A DNA stretch of 64,000 nucleotides from contig JANJGN010000005.1 of NCBI GenBank assembly GCA_026770705.1, positions 21,328,001-21,392,000 on the forward strand, written 5' to 3'. The notes beneath the pieces were generated by a model that saw nothing but the letters and a program-made list of their open reading frames with translations, did not search any database and was not told where the DNA came from. Shown one piece after another: positions 59,301 through 64,000 of the stretch. Source of the stretch: Isurus oxyrinchus. Its lineage: Eukaryota. Numbering within the stretch: the first letter of the stretch is position 1; each line of letters begins with the position of its first letter. A program made the translations under genes and the position numbers.

Positions 59301-59469
59301 TGGTCCAGCCTTTTGGTCCCCAGTATGAAGTTGGTTTGAAAGGATTGCTTGGGAGACCTGAATCAGTCCAGTCAATCTCCTCAACTTCAAATTCCTCGGT
59401 TGATGTACCACCAATTCTATCCAACAAGCAATTTATGTCATGGGGTGGCGTTTCTCTTGGAAGGACAGT
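3432..59469 (+). CDS. CEP192: CEP192 (centrosomal protein of 192 kDa, Spd-2 orthologue), partial multi-exon gene: 23 internal coding exons, 5' and 3' ends outside window
   Basis: Phase-consistent chain of GT-AG exons totalling 5357 nt. Peptides match recalled vertebrate CEP192 motifs: VVYQNEEGNWVTDLAYY, SYLRLTLGEFFGERSEALGCLG, SAIADASVSADPAQLATMI, ELSTTIIRSSP, VPEELKFPNSCCVGIASQT, LKLINRTRATVPIRL, ARIHAPKDLQ, LPLKNAGNI, VQPFGPQYEV, ILSNKQFMSWGGV. Confidence 0.96.
4575..5160 (+). mobile_element. CR1 LINE 3' fragment
   Basis: HLKYCVQFW, LYSLEFRRMR, VVNLWNSL remnants and CR1 tail (gatcagccatgatc...ctcctgctcct). Confidence 0.8.
5441..5588 (+). CDS. CEP192: CEP192 exon 2, phase 0-1, LGESNHPSFRPGLEGGSSDE...
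   Basis: atgcag acceptor, G|gtaagc donor, open frame, phase matches flanking exons. Confidence 0.82.
6318..6610 (+). CDS. CEP192: CEP192 exon 3, phase 1-0, (G)GGGDGSSGNEEDG...FIVGQNE
   Basis: ctaat branch + ttacag acceptor, GAG|gtaaga donor, 293 nt in frame with ORF 6368..6622. Confidence 0.82.
6772..6882 (+). CDS. CEP192: CEP192 exon 4, phase 0-0, TEGRLGPVGNGK...HQEAS
   Basis: Strong polypyrimidine tract ttctcttttag, TCA|gtaagt donor, 111 nt open; symmetric exon with no motif I recognise. Confidence 0.7.
7447..8910 (-). mobile_element. CR1 LINE fragment (RT region to 3' tail)
   Basis: ORFs 8636..9004 (NYRPASLTSVVG, SQHGFTEGKSCLTNLL) and 7651..7884 (DLIETYKI); 3' tail at about 7447. Confidence 0.88.
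10460..10862 (+). CDS. CEP192: CEP192 exon 5, phase 0-1, NAMNTNEMKLDSAYFR...WDSGE
   Basis: ccacag acceptor, G|gtaccc donor, 403 nt inside ORF 10448..10906; needed to supply phase 1 to the next exon. Confidence 0.8.
11303..12403 (+). mobile_element. CR1 LINE fragment (RT C-half to 3' tail)
   Basis: GSVLGPQLF, KFADD, WQMQHNVDK, HLEYCMQFWSP, VSLWNSLP; frameshifted. Confidence 0.9.
12630..13300 (+). mobile_element. Decayed L2-type LINE fragment
   Basis: Pyrimidine-rich remnant with DPIPAELL, NYFPIS-like and GVPQ-like segments. Confidence 0.55.
13645..13794 (+). CDS. CEP192: CEP192 exon 6, phase 1-1, EKPSVVYQNEEGNWVTDLAYY...
   Basis: ttttgcag acceptor, A|gtaaga donor; conserved VVYQNEEGxWVTDLAYY motif. 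Confidence 0.93.
13893..13957 (+). CDS. CEP192: CEP192 exon 7, phase 1-0, KAAALIKEDQKEFEEKHPFLQ
   Basis: ttttacag acceptor, CAG|gtttga donor after a 98-nt intron; resembles human LIAQDEEEFNKEHQFIQ. Confidence 0.9.
15348..15707 (-). mobile_element. HE1-like tRNA-derived SINE
   Basis: Colinear with 2307-2655; polyA/T end and shared LINE tail. Confidence 0.85.
16606..16821 (+). CDS. CEP192: CEP192 exon 8, phase 0-0, Aurora-A-binding segment SYLRLTLGEFFGERSEALGCLG
   Basis: tacag acceptor, CGG|gttagt donor, 216 nt; close match to the human SYLRLSLGEFFAQRSEALGCLG region. Confidence 0.95.
17086..17209 (+). CDS. CEP192: CEP192 exon 9, phase 0-1, PSFGYSITSPEHRAPV...
   Basis: attag acceptor, G|gtaaaa donor; resembles human PSFGYFIRSPEKREP. 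Confidence 0.92.
17315..17560 (+). mobile_element. Decayed CR1 3' fragment interrupted by the HER1-like LINE
   Basis: ctggaatgcactgcctga...gagccaaatggcc tail motif; tail appears to resume at about 20400. Confidence 0.6.
17561..20397 (-). mobile_element. HER1-like (CR1-clade) LINE, about 2.8 kb, APE endonuclease + RT + 3' tail, pseudogenised
   Basis: KVLLTNIQGL/PDIVILTESYL (APE), GPDNI..LKTCAPEL, VPQDSVLGPTIFSCFINDLP, MFVDD (RT), shared tail at 17561; many frameshifts. Confidence 0.92.
20549..20660 (+). repeat. HER1-like LINE 3' tail
   Basis: FKKAAYHHHLEGN + tail ...cacatcccatgaac. Confidence 0.7.
20735..21290 (+). mobile_element. Decayed CR1 3' fragment
   Basis: LNYEDRLL..GL remnant and tail gatcagccatga...ggcctattcctgttcct. 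Confidence 0.65.
22176..22306 (+). CDS. CEP192: CEP192 exon 10, phase 1-0, DLKKMDQEIPTEFSTTFLI...ECG
   Basis: tttatgcag acceptor, GGG|gtcagt donor, frame bridges exon 9 and exon 11. Confidence 0.82.
22333..22445 (-). repeat. HER1-like LINE 3' tail inside the 290-nt intron 10
   Basis: Reverse complement of the shared tail, starting 27 nt after the exon 10 donor. Confidence 0.7.
22597..23824 (+). CDS. CEP192: CEP192 large exon 11 (1228 nt), phase 0-1, Ser/Glu/Lys-rich disordered region
   Basis: ccttcttcttag acceptor; ORF 22600..23868; conserved ISAIASAIADASVSADPAQLATMILELSNK helix. G|gtgagc donor at 23824 gives the phase 1 required by the next exon. Confidence 0.9.
23985..24372 (+). mobile_element. 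L2-type LINE 3' fragment
   Basis: LADRHWPL-like remnant; aagctacctctttgac and ctgtggag..cttgagacattttattatg...ataagttg L2-like tail. Confidence 0.7.
24497..25243. mobile_element. Candidate non-autonomous DNA transposon (MITE-like) with 14-bp TIRs
   Basis: tagtcaacttctgt (24497-24510) and acaggagttgacta (25230-25243) are inverted repeats with 1 mismatch; no clear TSD. Confidence 0.5.
25611..25698 (+). CDS. CEP192: CEP192 exon 12, phase 1-2, HCSVADQVNLRPLTHSSPSQ...
   Basis: ttctttcattatag acceptor, AG|gtaaag donor; PLxHSSPS motif as in other vertebrate CEP192. Confidence 0.88.
27313..27427 (+). CDS. CEP192: CEP192 exon 13, phase 2-0, SSSSLTYSNPNLSRLSYISGVD...NAK
   Basis: cccttttccag acceptor (in-frame alternatives at 27271 and 27316), AAG|gtagga donor; SRLSYIS resembles human SRLTYVS. 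Confidence 0.85.
27455..27965 (-). mobile_element. L2-type LINE 3' fragment
   Basis: SSAETLIHAFVASRCNYSNAYLASLP (L2 ORF2 C-terminus) and L2-like tail. Confidence 0.8.
28135..28330. repeat. Highly decayed copy of the palindromic Penelope-derived mini-element
   Basis: cagcaag..gcatc..aacagatcaacatttc...ctgatgaagg...cagcattttctgtt..tttccaacat resembles 33030-33253. Confidence 0.45.
28335..28416 (+). repeat. HE1/HER1 shared 3' tail
   Basis: cttctcaagggcaaccagggatgggcaataaatgctggcccagccagtgaagcccacatcc...gaatgaaaaaaa. Confidence 0.8.
28670..28890 (+). mobile_element. CR1 3' tail fragment
   Basis: ctggaattct...caaccatgatct...ctactcctgttcctat. Confidence 0.6.
30030..30375 (+). mobile_element. Decayed CR1 3' fragment
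   Basis: aatgtttccatt..ggaaacca...tagaatgtggaacttgctacca...ctgtaaattctatg. Confidence 0.6.
30864..31770 (+). CDS. CEP192: CEP192 large exon 14 (907 nt), phase 0-1, NDKTIELSTTIIRSSP...PLAQQYLGTL...LRDV
   Basis: ttttcttccacag acceptor, G|gtacgt donor, in frame with ORF 30951..31919; conserved ELSTTII and AQQYLGTL motifs. Confidence 0.92.
33030..33253. mobile_element. Palindromic non-autonomous Penelope-derived element (head-to-head pLTR ends with hammerhead-like cores)
   Basis: 33030-33123 is an imperfect inverted copy of 33128-33215; arms are homologous to the 3' end of the Penelope element at 48474-48612. Confidence 0.8.
33125..33159 (+). ncRNA. Minimal type-I hammerhead ribozyme-like motif (stem II damaged)
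   Basis: gtt-CTGAAGA-agatacggattc-GAAA-cgtt-aactc: canonical CUGANGA/GAAA core, palindromic ACGU stem III, short stem I. Confidence 0.55.
33560..34910 (+). mobile_element. CR1 LINE fragment (RT to 3' tail)
   Basis: YMDFQNA, QMKFNVEKCKVMHFG, ORF 34451..34726 (RLEKLGLFSLDKRRLRGDLIEVFKI). Confidence 0.88.
34915..35440 (+). mobile_element. Second CR1 3' fragment in tandem
   Basis: RPHLEFC, QRRFTRL remnants and tail tagccatgatcatattgaatggcagagcaggctcgaggg. Confidence 0.8.
36393..36541 (+). CDS. CEP192: CEP192 exon 15, phase 1-0, HVLVPEELKFPNSCCVGIASQT...NGEK
   Basis: gttag acceptor, AAG|gtttgt donor; strong match to the start of the first CEP192 ASH/PapD-like domain. Confidence 0.95.
36740..36860 (-). 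repeat. HER1-like LINE 3' tail
   Basis: Reverse complement of FKKAVHHH + shared tail. Confidence 0.65.
37190..37440 (+). mobile_element. Decayed Penelope-like ORF remnant (RT thumb/linker region)
   Basis: cccacttttcaccttgccagcctc...gcatcttt...agggaccattctctc aligns by eye to the LTYHPTSL...HIF...RDRSL region of the element at 48176. Confidence 0.45.
38104..39380 (-). mobile_element. CR1 LINE fragment (RT to 3' tail)
   Basis: VDVIYLDFQKAFDKV, RPHLEYCEQFW, VNLWNSLPQRAVEA, CR1 tail at 38104. Confidence 0.92.
40040..40730 (+). mobile_element. Old, decayed CR1 fragment
   Basis: QLEYYIQF, FTCEEKLSKLGL remnants. Confidence 0.6.
40827..41057 (+). CDS. CEP192: CEP192 exon 16, phase 0-0, MDTFAHQCWIFKNKTIIGPH...DPLIE
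   Basis: ccttccag acceptor, GAG|gtagag donor, 231 nt; conserved FKNKxII, AEALA motifs. Confidence 0.95.
41790..43230 (+). mobile_element. CR1 LINE fragment with internal deletions
   Basis: NYRPVNL, DFQKSFDKVP, SGVPQG, CNVEKCEVIHF, VVNLWNF; ends just before the exon 17 acceptor. Confidence 0.88.
43252..43377 (+). CDS. CEP192: CEP192 exon 17, phase 0-0, VLAGKSKSLDFGD...LKLINRTRATVPIRLVISA
   Basis: Long polypyrimidine acceptor, GCA|gtaagt donor; conserved LDFGD and LKLINRTxATVPIRL. Confidence 0.95.
43770..43874 (-). mobile_element. 105-bp Penelope-derived mini-element (hammerhead-like motif + tail) with 15-bp TSD
   Basis: cttggagataatggt duplicated at 43755-43769 and 43875-43889; minus strand reads CTGAAGAgtcatatggactcGAAActttaactc...tail. 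Confidence 0.85.
44295..44354 (+). repeat. (AC)30 microsatellite
   Basis: Perfect 60-bp dinucleotide run. Confidence 0.97.
45074..45211 (+). CDS. CEP192: CEP192 exon 18, phase 0-0, NAAAWRCFTFSK...PSVMNHVMRASYDGE
   Basis: tatacag acceptor, GAG|gtaatg donor; conserved AWRCFTFSK. Confidence 0.95.
45927..46832 (-). mobile_element. Solo LTR (906 bp), Gypsy/ERV-like
   Basis: TGTTA...TAACA termini with AGGA duplicated at 45923-45926 and 46833-46836; minus-strand AATAAA near 46102 suggests the orientation. Confidence 0.72.
47145..47185 (-). ncRNA. Hammerhead-like motif in pLTR (left arm), core CUGUCGA variant
   Basis: Exact reverse complement of 48474-48514. Confidence 0.55.
47562..48176 (-). pseudogene. 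5'-truncated Penelope ORF: Cys-rich linker + GIY-YIG endonuclease (204 codons open)
   Basis: LVLTYHP...AFRRDRSLRDTLVHS...CPRKRCNTC...FTC..NLVYCIRCSQCGLLYIGETKR..DRFAEH..VACHFN..E..LI..LGTLQPSGLN; no stops or frameshifts, RT absent. Confidence 0.9.
48474..48514 (+). ncRNA. Hammerhead-like motif in pLTR (right arm), core CUGUCGA variant
   Basis: aagtt-CTGTCGA-a-gggtc-atgag-gactc-GAAA-cgtc-aactc: stems I/II, palindromic ACGU stem III, UC site; A6 replaced by U. Confidence 0.55.
48999..49062 (+). CDS. CEP192: CEP192 exon 19, phase 0-1, DPESFVLWVHFHAPQKYISSS
   Basis: T-tract+acag acceptor, G|gtattt donor; resembles human DPEFLMIWVLFHSPKKQISSS. Confidence 0.92.
49125..51160 (+). mobile_element. 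CR1 3' fragment split in two (49125-49716 and 50870-51160) by a HER1-like insertion
   Basis: ...gggcttgatagggtag | actgagaggatgtttcccc... rejoins the CR1 consensus seen at 38400-38450. Confidence 0.85.
49717..50869 (-). mobile_element. HER1-like LINE 3' fragment (RT C-half to tail)
   Basis: LDIMATFDRVWHQG, GVPQGSALGP, KSWNSLPNS, FKAAAHRHLLKGN and T-tail at 49717. Confidence 0.9.
51322..51421 (-). mobile_element. 100-bp Penelope-derived mini-element with 11-bp TSD (1 mismatch)
   Basis: agtgatcctgg (51311-51321) / agttatcctgg (51422-51432); minus strand ttgaaaac-gagtc-atttg-gactc-GAAA-catt-aactc + tail. Confidence 0.78.
51905..52467 (+). mobile_element. CR1 LINE internal fragment (RT N-terminal part)
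   Basis: DKSPGPD, VPEDWRTANVVSLFKKG, YRPVSLTSMVGKLLE, SQHGFVKGRS. Confidence 0.88.
52470..52829 (+). mobile_element. RTE-clade LINE 3' fragment
   Basis: GRPKL..DACKHDVKALDID and CG..GRTCLPRIG remnants, tail similar in type to 61200-61548. Confidence 0.6.
53069..53208 (+). CDS. CEP192: CEP192 exon 20, phase 1-0, PLGTAEDYFARVDIEVDSP...ARIHAPKDLQ
   Basis: ttgcag acceptor, CAG|gtatgc donor; conserved VDIEVDSP and GIARIHAP. Confidence 0.95.
53805..53897 (+). CDS. CEP192: CEP192 exon 21, phase 0-0, TLVMCAKLGMTAKQILPLKNAGNITAQLKIQ
   Basis: tttttacatttag acceptor, CAG|gtgagt donor; conserved LPLKNAGNI. Confidence 0.94.
54155..54610 (-). mobile_element. Old HER1-like LINE 3' fragment
   Basis: Degenerate EHHHL, GLQWCKAAH remnants and tail. 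Confidence 0.6.
55863..55975 (+). CDS. CEP192: CEP192 exon 22, phase 0-2, TAECCFLAKPENLLIQPGEELEVVVSFTPQD...
   Basis: ctaat branch + tttattttag acceptor, AG|gtataa donor; conserved PGEExEVxVSFTP. Confidence 0.93.
56095..56590 (+). mobile_element. Decayed L2-type 3' fragment
   Basis: LQLVQNSTT, ITHVLIDPY remnants; ctgtgaagtactttg...aatgttgtt tail. Confidence 0.65.
56645..56841 (-). mobile_element. CR1 3' tail fragment
   Basis: FKTEIDKF remnant and CR1 tail in reverse. Confidence 0.7.
56842..57812 (+). mobile_element. HER1-like LINE 3' fragment
   Basis: GVPPGSYP..FSCFINDLP, MFTDDCT, QQDLDNIQAWADKWQVTF, shared tail at about 57730-57812. Confidence 0.9.
57815..58560 (+). mobile_element. Internally deleted CR1 (endonuclease remnant + 3' tail) interrupted by a HE1 SINE
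   Basis: DSFLEQYI..LDLVMC..PLGKSD remnant, then tail gccatggtctt | attgaatag...gggccgaatggcctactcc. Confidence 0.7.
58103..58501 (-). mobile_element. HE1-like tRNA-derived SINE with intact A and B boxes
   Basis: Minus-strand TGGCTTAGTGG (58481-58491) and GGTTCAAATCCC (58416-58427); shared LINE tail. Confidence 0.87.
58566..59098 (+). mobile_element. L2-type LINE 3' fragment
   Basis: AETLIQGFVSSRLNHSNA, LWNTL, FKMLLKTYLFDQAF, L2-like tail. Confidence 0.85.
59287..59469 (+). CDS. CEP192: CEP192 exon 23, phase 2-2, HLTILVQPFGPQYEVGLKG...ILSNKQFMSWGGVSLGRT
   Basis: ttttctttctag acceptor, GT|gtaagt donor; conserved VQPFGPQYEV and LSNKQFxxWGGV at the start of the Spd2-domain region. Confidence 0.95.
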
Positions 59470-60559
59470 GTAAGTACTGTTGTCATGGGCAGTTAACATT
59501 ATTCTAAGATTAGTATTGGTGTTGAATTCCATTATGAAGGTGGGACTGATGGAATTTTGTTTTTAACTTAATTGTTTTTAATAAGCCATCAAACTTCCAT
59601 TTTACAATCTGCTCCTGCTAATTGCGTTATTTTTCACTTGAAAACTTTTAAATGCTCCAATTGTAAAATTGAGTTTTAATGAAATGGCATTGCATAATAT
59701 TGCAGAAACATAAATAGCATAAAACATCAAAGCAACTGTTGAAATGCATTTGTTTGAAAACCACTGTGATTGTTTGCTTCCTTCCAATAGCACATTCAAC
59801 TGTAAACTGTTTAACGTGGATAAAACTTGCATTGGAACATGAGGTGTAGCTGTTTTGGATAAGTAAGGGTGGAGGCAAACAACAACAATCTTGATCTGGA
59901 CAGTGAAGAGAGGGGCAGTGGAGAAGGATGATGTCGAACGCTGCTGCAAACGATGGGGAGGGATATTGCAGGATGATTACAGTTACAGGAAATGTCATTT
60001 ATGACTGATTAGGGCTGTTTCAGATATGTAGTGGAGCAGAAACCCAATCATAAAGACTCAAACGTGGAGTAGCGAGAAAAGCGAACATAGATACGGGGGG
60101 CAACAACACATTCAGGAAAAAGGAGTTTGGAGATAGTGTTAGTTTGCAAGAACACAGTTGTAGACTGACCAGGTAGAACACTACACTAAGGAGCAAGGTA
60201 TCCATGAATCAAGTTTCTGTCAAAGCAGTAATCCACAAAAATGGACAACACTAATCTTGTTTGAGAGTAAAGGGACATTCTGGAGAGAGATGTGGAGAGA
60301 GGTTATAATAATTCTGGCAGAGGTCAAGAGGAAAGCCCCAAGTTGGGGAGAGGTAGCAATGGGTCCCTTGATGTGCTTTTATGAGAATGCGGAGAGAGAG
60401 GTGCAGGATGGCTAAAGCCTTGTCTGTTGGCATTGAAGTTTGGGATTGCAGCAGGAAAGCAGAGGAATAGAGATGAATTGGGTTGTTGGGGAATGCCATT
60501 GCAGGTGTTCTTCTGTGTGGAAAGTTAGTGCAGCATTGTCAGCGCAGAGCAACTTGATA

Positions 60560-61548
60560 CACCTTGAATCTCAGGCGAGCAAAGCTGAACAGCTTTCAGT
60601 CAGTTCTGGTATGTAAGTAGATGCCCTCTGTAGATGACCTGAAGGCAGATGACAACAGTAAAGAGAAGAATATGTGAAAAGCGTTGGTGCCAGAACACAA
60701 CCCTGATTACAAATGAACAGATTCTCTCACCTATAAAGAGTTTGGTTTGACCATCAGCATCAGGAAGACAAATGGCATGGTCCATTGACAGTGACCCTGA
60801 GGTTGTTATTGTTAGCTTCGCACATCTAGACTCCACAATCACCAGCAATCTGCCACTTGATGCTGAAGTCAACATACATTGCAAAAAGCAGCTGTTATGT
60901 CCAAGCTGAATAAGAGAATTAAGGAGCAGCAGCAACCTGACTGAGAATACCAGAGTGAATTCTACCAAACCTGTGTCTTCAAACTCCTCTACAATGGTGA
61001 GACCTGGATAATGTACCAGGCAGGAGAAAAGGCTGAACAATTTCTACCTTTACTATCTCAGATGTATTCTCGACAGGGCAGGGTCACCAACTCAGGTCCT
61101 GGAGTGTGCTAATTCTATCAGCATTCACTCATTGCTGAGCCAGTGACATCTGCACTGGCTTGGTGCTGTATACCCAAAGACCTTATGTACAGTGAACTAG
61201 CCACTGTATCATGGTCTCCTGGGCATCCATATCTCCACAAGCGAGATATGAAGATGGCGAACTTTGATATCTGGGAGATAGTCGCAGATGGCAGTGACCT
61301 CTGGAGGCTGACTGCTTGGAAGGGTTTTGGAAGAGGTGAACAGAAACGAAAAACTCAGCTGGCCAAGAAGAAAGCCCATAGAAAACAGGCAAGCGAATTG
61401 TGCACCTTCTCTGCCCCCTGTCTTCCTCTGTGGCAAACGCGGCAGGAACTGCCGTGCCAGAGTAGAGCTCCTGAGCCACAACAGGAAATACTTAAGAGTT
61501 GACCACCACGGCACATACTGTCGTCTTATGAGACGAAGGCTGCCACTG
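60560..61548 (+). mobile_element. RTE-clade LINE 3' fragment
   Basis: FAHLDSTITSNLPLDAEVN, LLYNGETW, QEKRLNNF, KDLMYSELA, C-terminal CGKRGRNCRARVELLSH. Confidence 0.78.
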
Positions 61549-62519
61549 AAATCCTGCACTATTATCCATCTATCCCTCGGTGTGTAGAATTTTGCTGTGA
61601 GGTTTGTTGATCTGGAGATGGGGAGGCCTACTTTCAATGTATCGCCTTGGATTGCTATCAGAGATATTAGGGTTTGACCGTAGAATCAAAGATGCAGTTG
61701 TGTTTTCCCACCACAGGTTGTATAGCACTGCTCGGAGTTGGGAATCAATGGAAATTGAGGTGTTGCAAACTTGATGTTTAAATTTTAGCTGATAGTTCTT
61801 AGTTTTGCTATGATTGTAGTTGTAAAATTTCCTAAACTTCTCCATTATTTCTGTTGGCCTAGATCTTGTGTTTTTTGTTTGGATGCAAGTGTGTTGTACA
61901 GGGCGAAAGTATGTGCAGCATTTTTCTGGGGGAGGAATTGTTAACCGTGGGGAATCAGCTCTTGGTATTTGTGAAATTATTTTTGGGGAATATACAGTTC
62001 TATTTACAGAAGAATTTTTGTTCCAAAGCTGGCTTGATAATACAATTTTGCAGAGAGGTCAGAGTCTTAATTGCTGCTTTTGTCAATATAAATCTGACCC
62101 TACTGGATTGCATCAATAACTCAGCATTTTTATGGTAAATGCATGCAAAGGGTAGATATGTGTTCTTAAACAGTGCAATAATCCTAAATGTCAAGTTGTC
62201 CCATTTTTATCACAAGATAGTATTCTGTGGTTTGCTTTAGAGATGATTAGAGCTCAATATGTGCATAGAATCTCAGGCTAGTTCATCTGCTGGTCTGTGC
62301 TTTCCAAAGGACATCAAAAGAACATAATTTCAAGCACACTTAATAAAATGAGGGGTTCTAGCATGTCTTATTTTCAAATGCTGATTAATATCCAGCAGTT
62401 AGTAACCTTAATGGGAAATATTCCTCACTAGAGCTAGTTGTACAAACTAGTTGATAGCCATCACCTTCAAATTGTTCTTTGATGCCAATCTAATGTTGAA
62501 ATCATAACTTCATAGACTT

Positions 62520-63282
62520 ATTGACTCAGACGTTTACAGCACAGAAGTAGACCATTCGGCCCATCATGTCCACACTGATCAACAACAACTGACTACACTG
62601 ATCCCATTTTTCAGCGCTTGGTCCATAGTCCTGGAGGCTATGGAAATGCGAGCGAATATCTAAATACTTCTTAAATGTTACGAGAGTTCCTGACTCAACC
62701 ACCCTTTTCAGGCAGAGAGTTCCAGAATTGCACCACCCTCTGGGTGAAAACATTTCTCCTCAACTCCCCTCTTAGCCTTCCACCTCTTACCTTGAATCTA
62801 TGCTCCCTGGTTATTGATCCCTCGACTAATGGTAAAAGTGCCTTCCTATCACCCTACCTATGTCCCTCATAATCTTATACACCTCTATCAAGTCCCCTCT
62901 CAACATCACTGCTCCAAGGAAAACAATCCCAGCCTATCCAATCAGCCCAGGCAGCATTCTAATAAATCTCTGCTGCACCCTCACCAGTGCAATCACATCC
63001 TTCCTATAATGTGGTACCCAGAACTGTATGCAGTACTCTAGTTGTGACCTAATAAGCGTTTTATACAGTTCCAGCATAACCTCCCTGATCTTGTATTCTG
63101 TGCCTCAGCTAATAAAGGCAAGTATCCCATATGCATTCTTAACCACATTATCTACCTGTCCTGCTACCTTCAGGGATCTGTGGATGTGCACACCAAGGTC
63201 CCTCTCATCTTCAATATTTTCTAGGGTCCTATCTTTCATAGTGTAACCCCTTGGCTCGTTAGCCCTTCCCAAGTGCATTACC
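62520..63282 (-). mobile_element. CR1 LINE 3' fragment
   Basis: Minus-strand DLGVHIHRSLKVAGQV, QLEYCIQFW, FKKYLD remnants and tail. Confidence 0.85.
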
Positions 63283-63412
63283 TGACAGCAATGTGGATGT
63301 ATCTATTCCACACAGACCGCAGCAGTTCAAGAAAGTGGCTCATGACCACCAGCACCTGTGAAATTAGGGGTGGGCAAGAAATGCTTGCTGTGCCTGCATC
63401 CAGTGAACAAAT
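63283..63412 (+). repeat. HER1-like 3' tail
   Basis: cagttcaagaaagtggctcatgaccacc...aattaggggtgggcaagaaatgct. Confidence 0.6.
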
Positions 63413-63589
63413 CTATCTTTAAATAACATTTTAAAATTGTTGGCATACAGTGGCATCACTGTTCCTGACCGGAACAGTGATGAGTTGTTATTCTTGCCGT
63501 CAGTCATTGCTGTACATAACTGAGCTGAATCTTGCATATATAATTTGTACCCAACTATCTTCCACTTACTGTATTCTACAGTTTTTAAT

Positions 63590-64000
63590 TGGGCAAAATG
63601 TGGGGTGGGTTGGGAGGGAGAGGAAATAAATGCAATAACTATCACTAGAGAAAAAGTACTAGGGAAATTAATGGGGCTAAAGGCTGATAAATACCCTGGA
63701 CCTGATTGGTGGCATCCTGTGATATTAAAGGAAGTAGCTACAGAGATAGTGGATGCGCAGGTAGTAATCTTCCAAGAATTCTTACATTCTGGAAAAGTCC
63801 CAGAGGATTGGAAAACTGCCGATGTGACACCCTTATTCAAAAAGGGAGGAAGACAAAAAAGAAGTAACTATAGGCTAGTTAGCTTAACATCTGTCATTGA
63901 GAAAATGTTAGAGTCTATTATAAAGGATCTAATAGAGCATTTAGAAATGCATAATATAATTAAGCAGAGTGTGCATGGCTTCATGAAGGGAAAATTATGC
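63590..64000 (+). mobile_element. CR1 LINE RT N-terminal fragment, runs off the window end
   Basis: KYPGPDWWHPVILKE, VPEDWKTADVTPLFKKGG, NYRLVSLTSVIEKMLE, HGFMKGKLC. Confidence 0.88.

Noticed and set aside
1-64000. CRISPR arrays, operons or other prokaryotic systems; short ORFs (60-170 aa) as genes
   Set aside because: The sequence is a spliced vertebrate locus with no repeat-spacer array; the short ORFs are LINE remnants, their antisense frames, or chance.

Overview
Eukaryotic, AT-rich vertebrate genomic DNA, almost certainly from a cartilaginous fish (shark/ray). It carries HE1-like tRNA-derived SINEs, their HER1-like partner LINE and Neptune-type Penelope elements. The whole window lies inside one + strand gene, CEP192 (centrosomal protein 192 / Spd-2 orthologue). 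I reconstruct 23 consecutive GT-AG coding exons (3432-59469; 5357 nt, about 1785 aa) whose splice phases join without a frameshift. They cover the Aurora-A-binding segment and the start of the Spd2/ASH-type domains; the start and stop codons lie outside the window. Introns are packed with decayed CR1, HER1-like, L2 and RTE LINEs, often nested, plus SINEs, a solo LTR with a 4-bp TSD, a TIR-bounded MITE candidate and an (AC)30 microsatellite. The most notable structure is a family of Penelope-related inserts carrying hammerhead-ribozyme-like motifs. It includes a young 1.5-kb insertion with 381/387-bp near-perfect inverted arms, an intact GIY-YIG ORF fragment and a 14-bp TSD; a 220-bp head-to-head palindrome; and two ~100-bp 'ribozyme + tail' mini-elements with their own TSDs. 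All homology calls come from my recall of motifs, not from database searches, and repeat boundaries are approximate unless a TSD is given.
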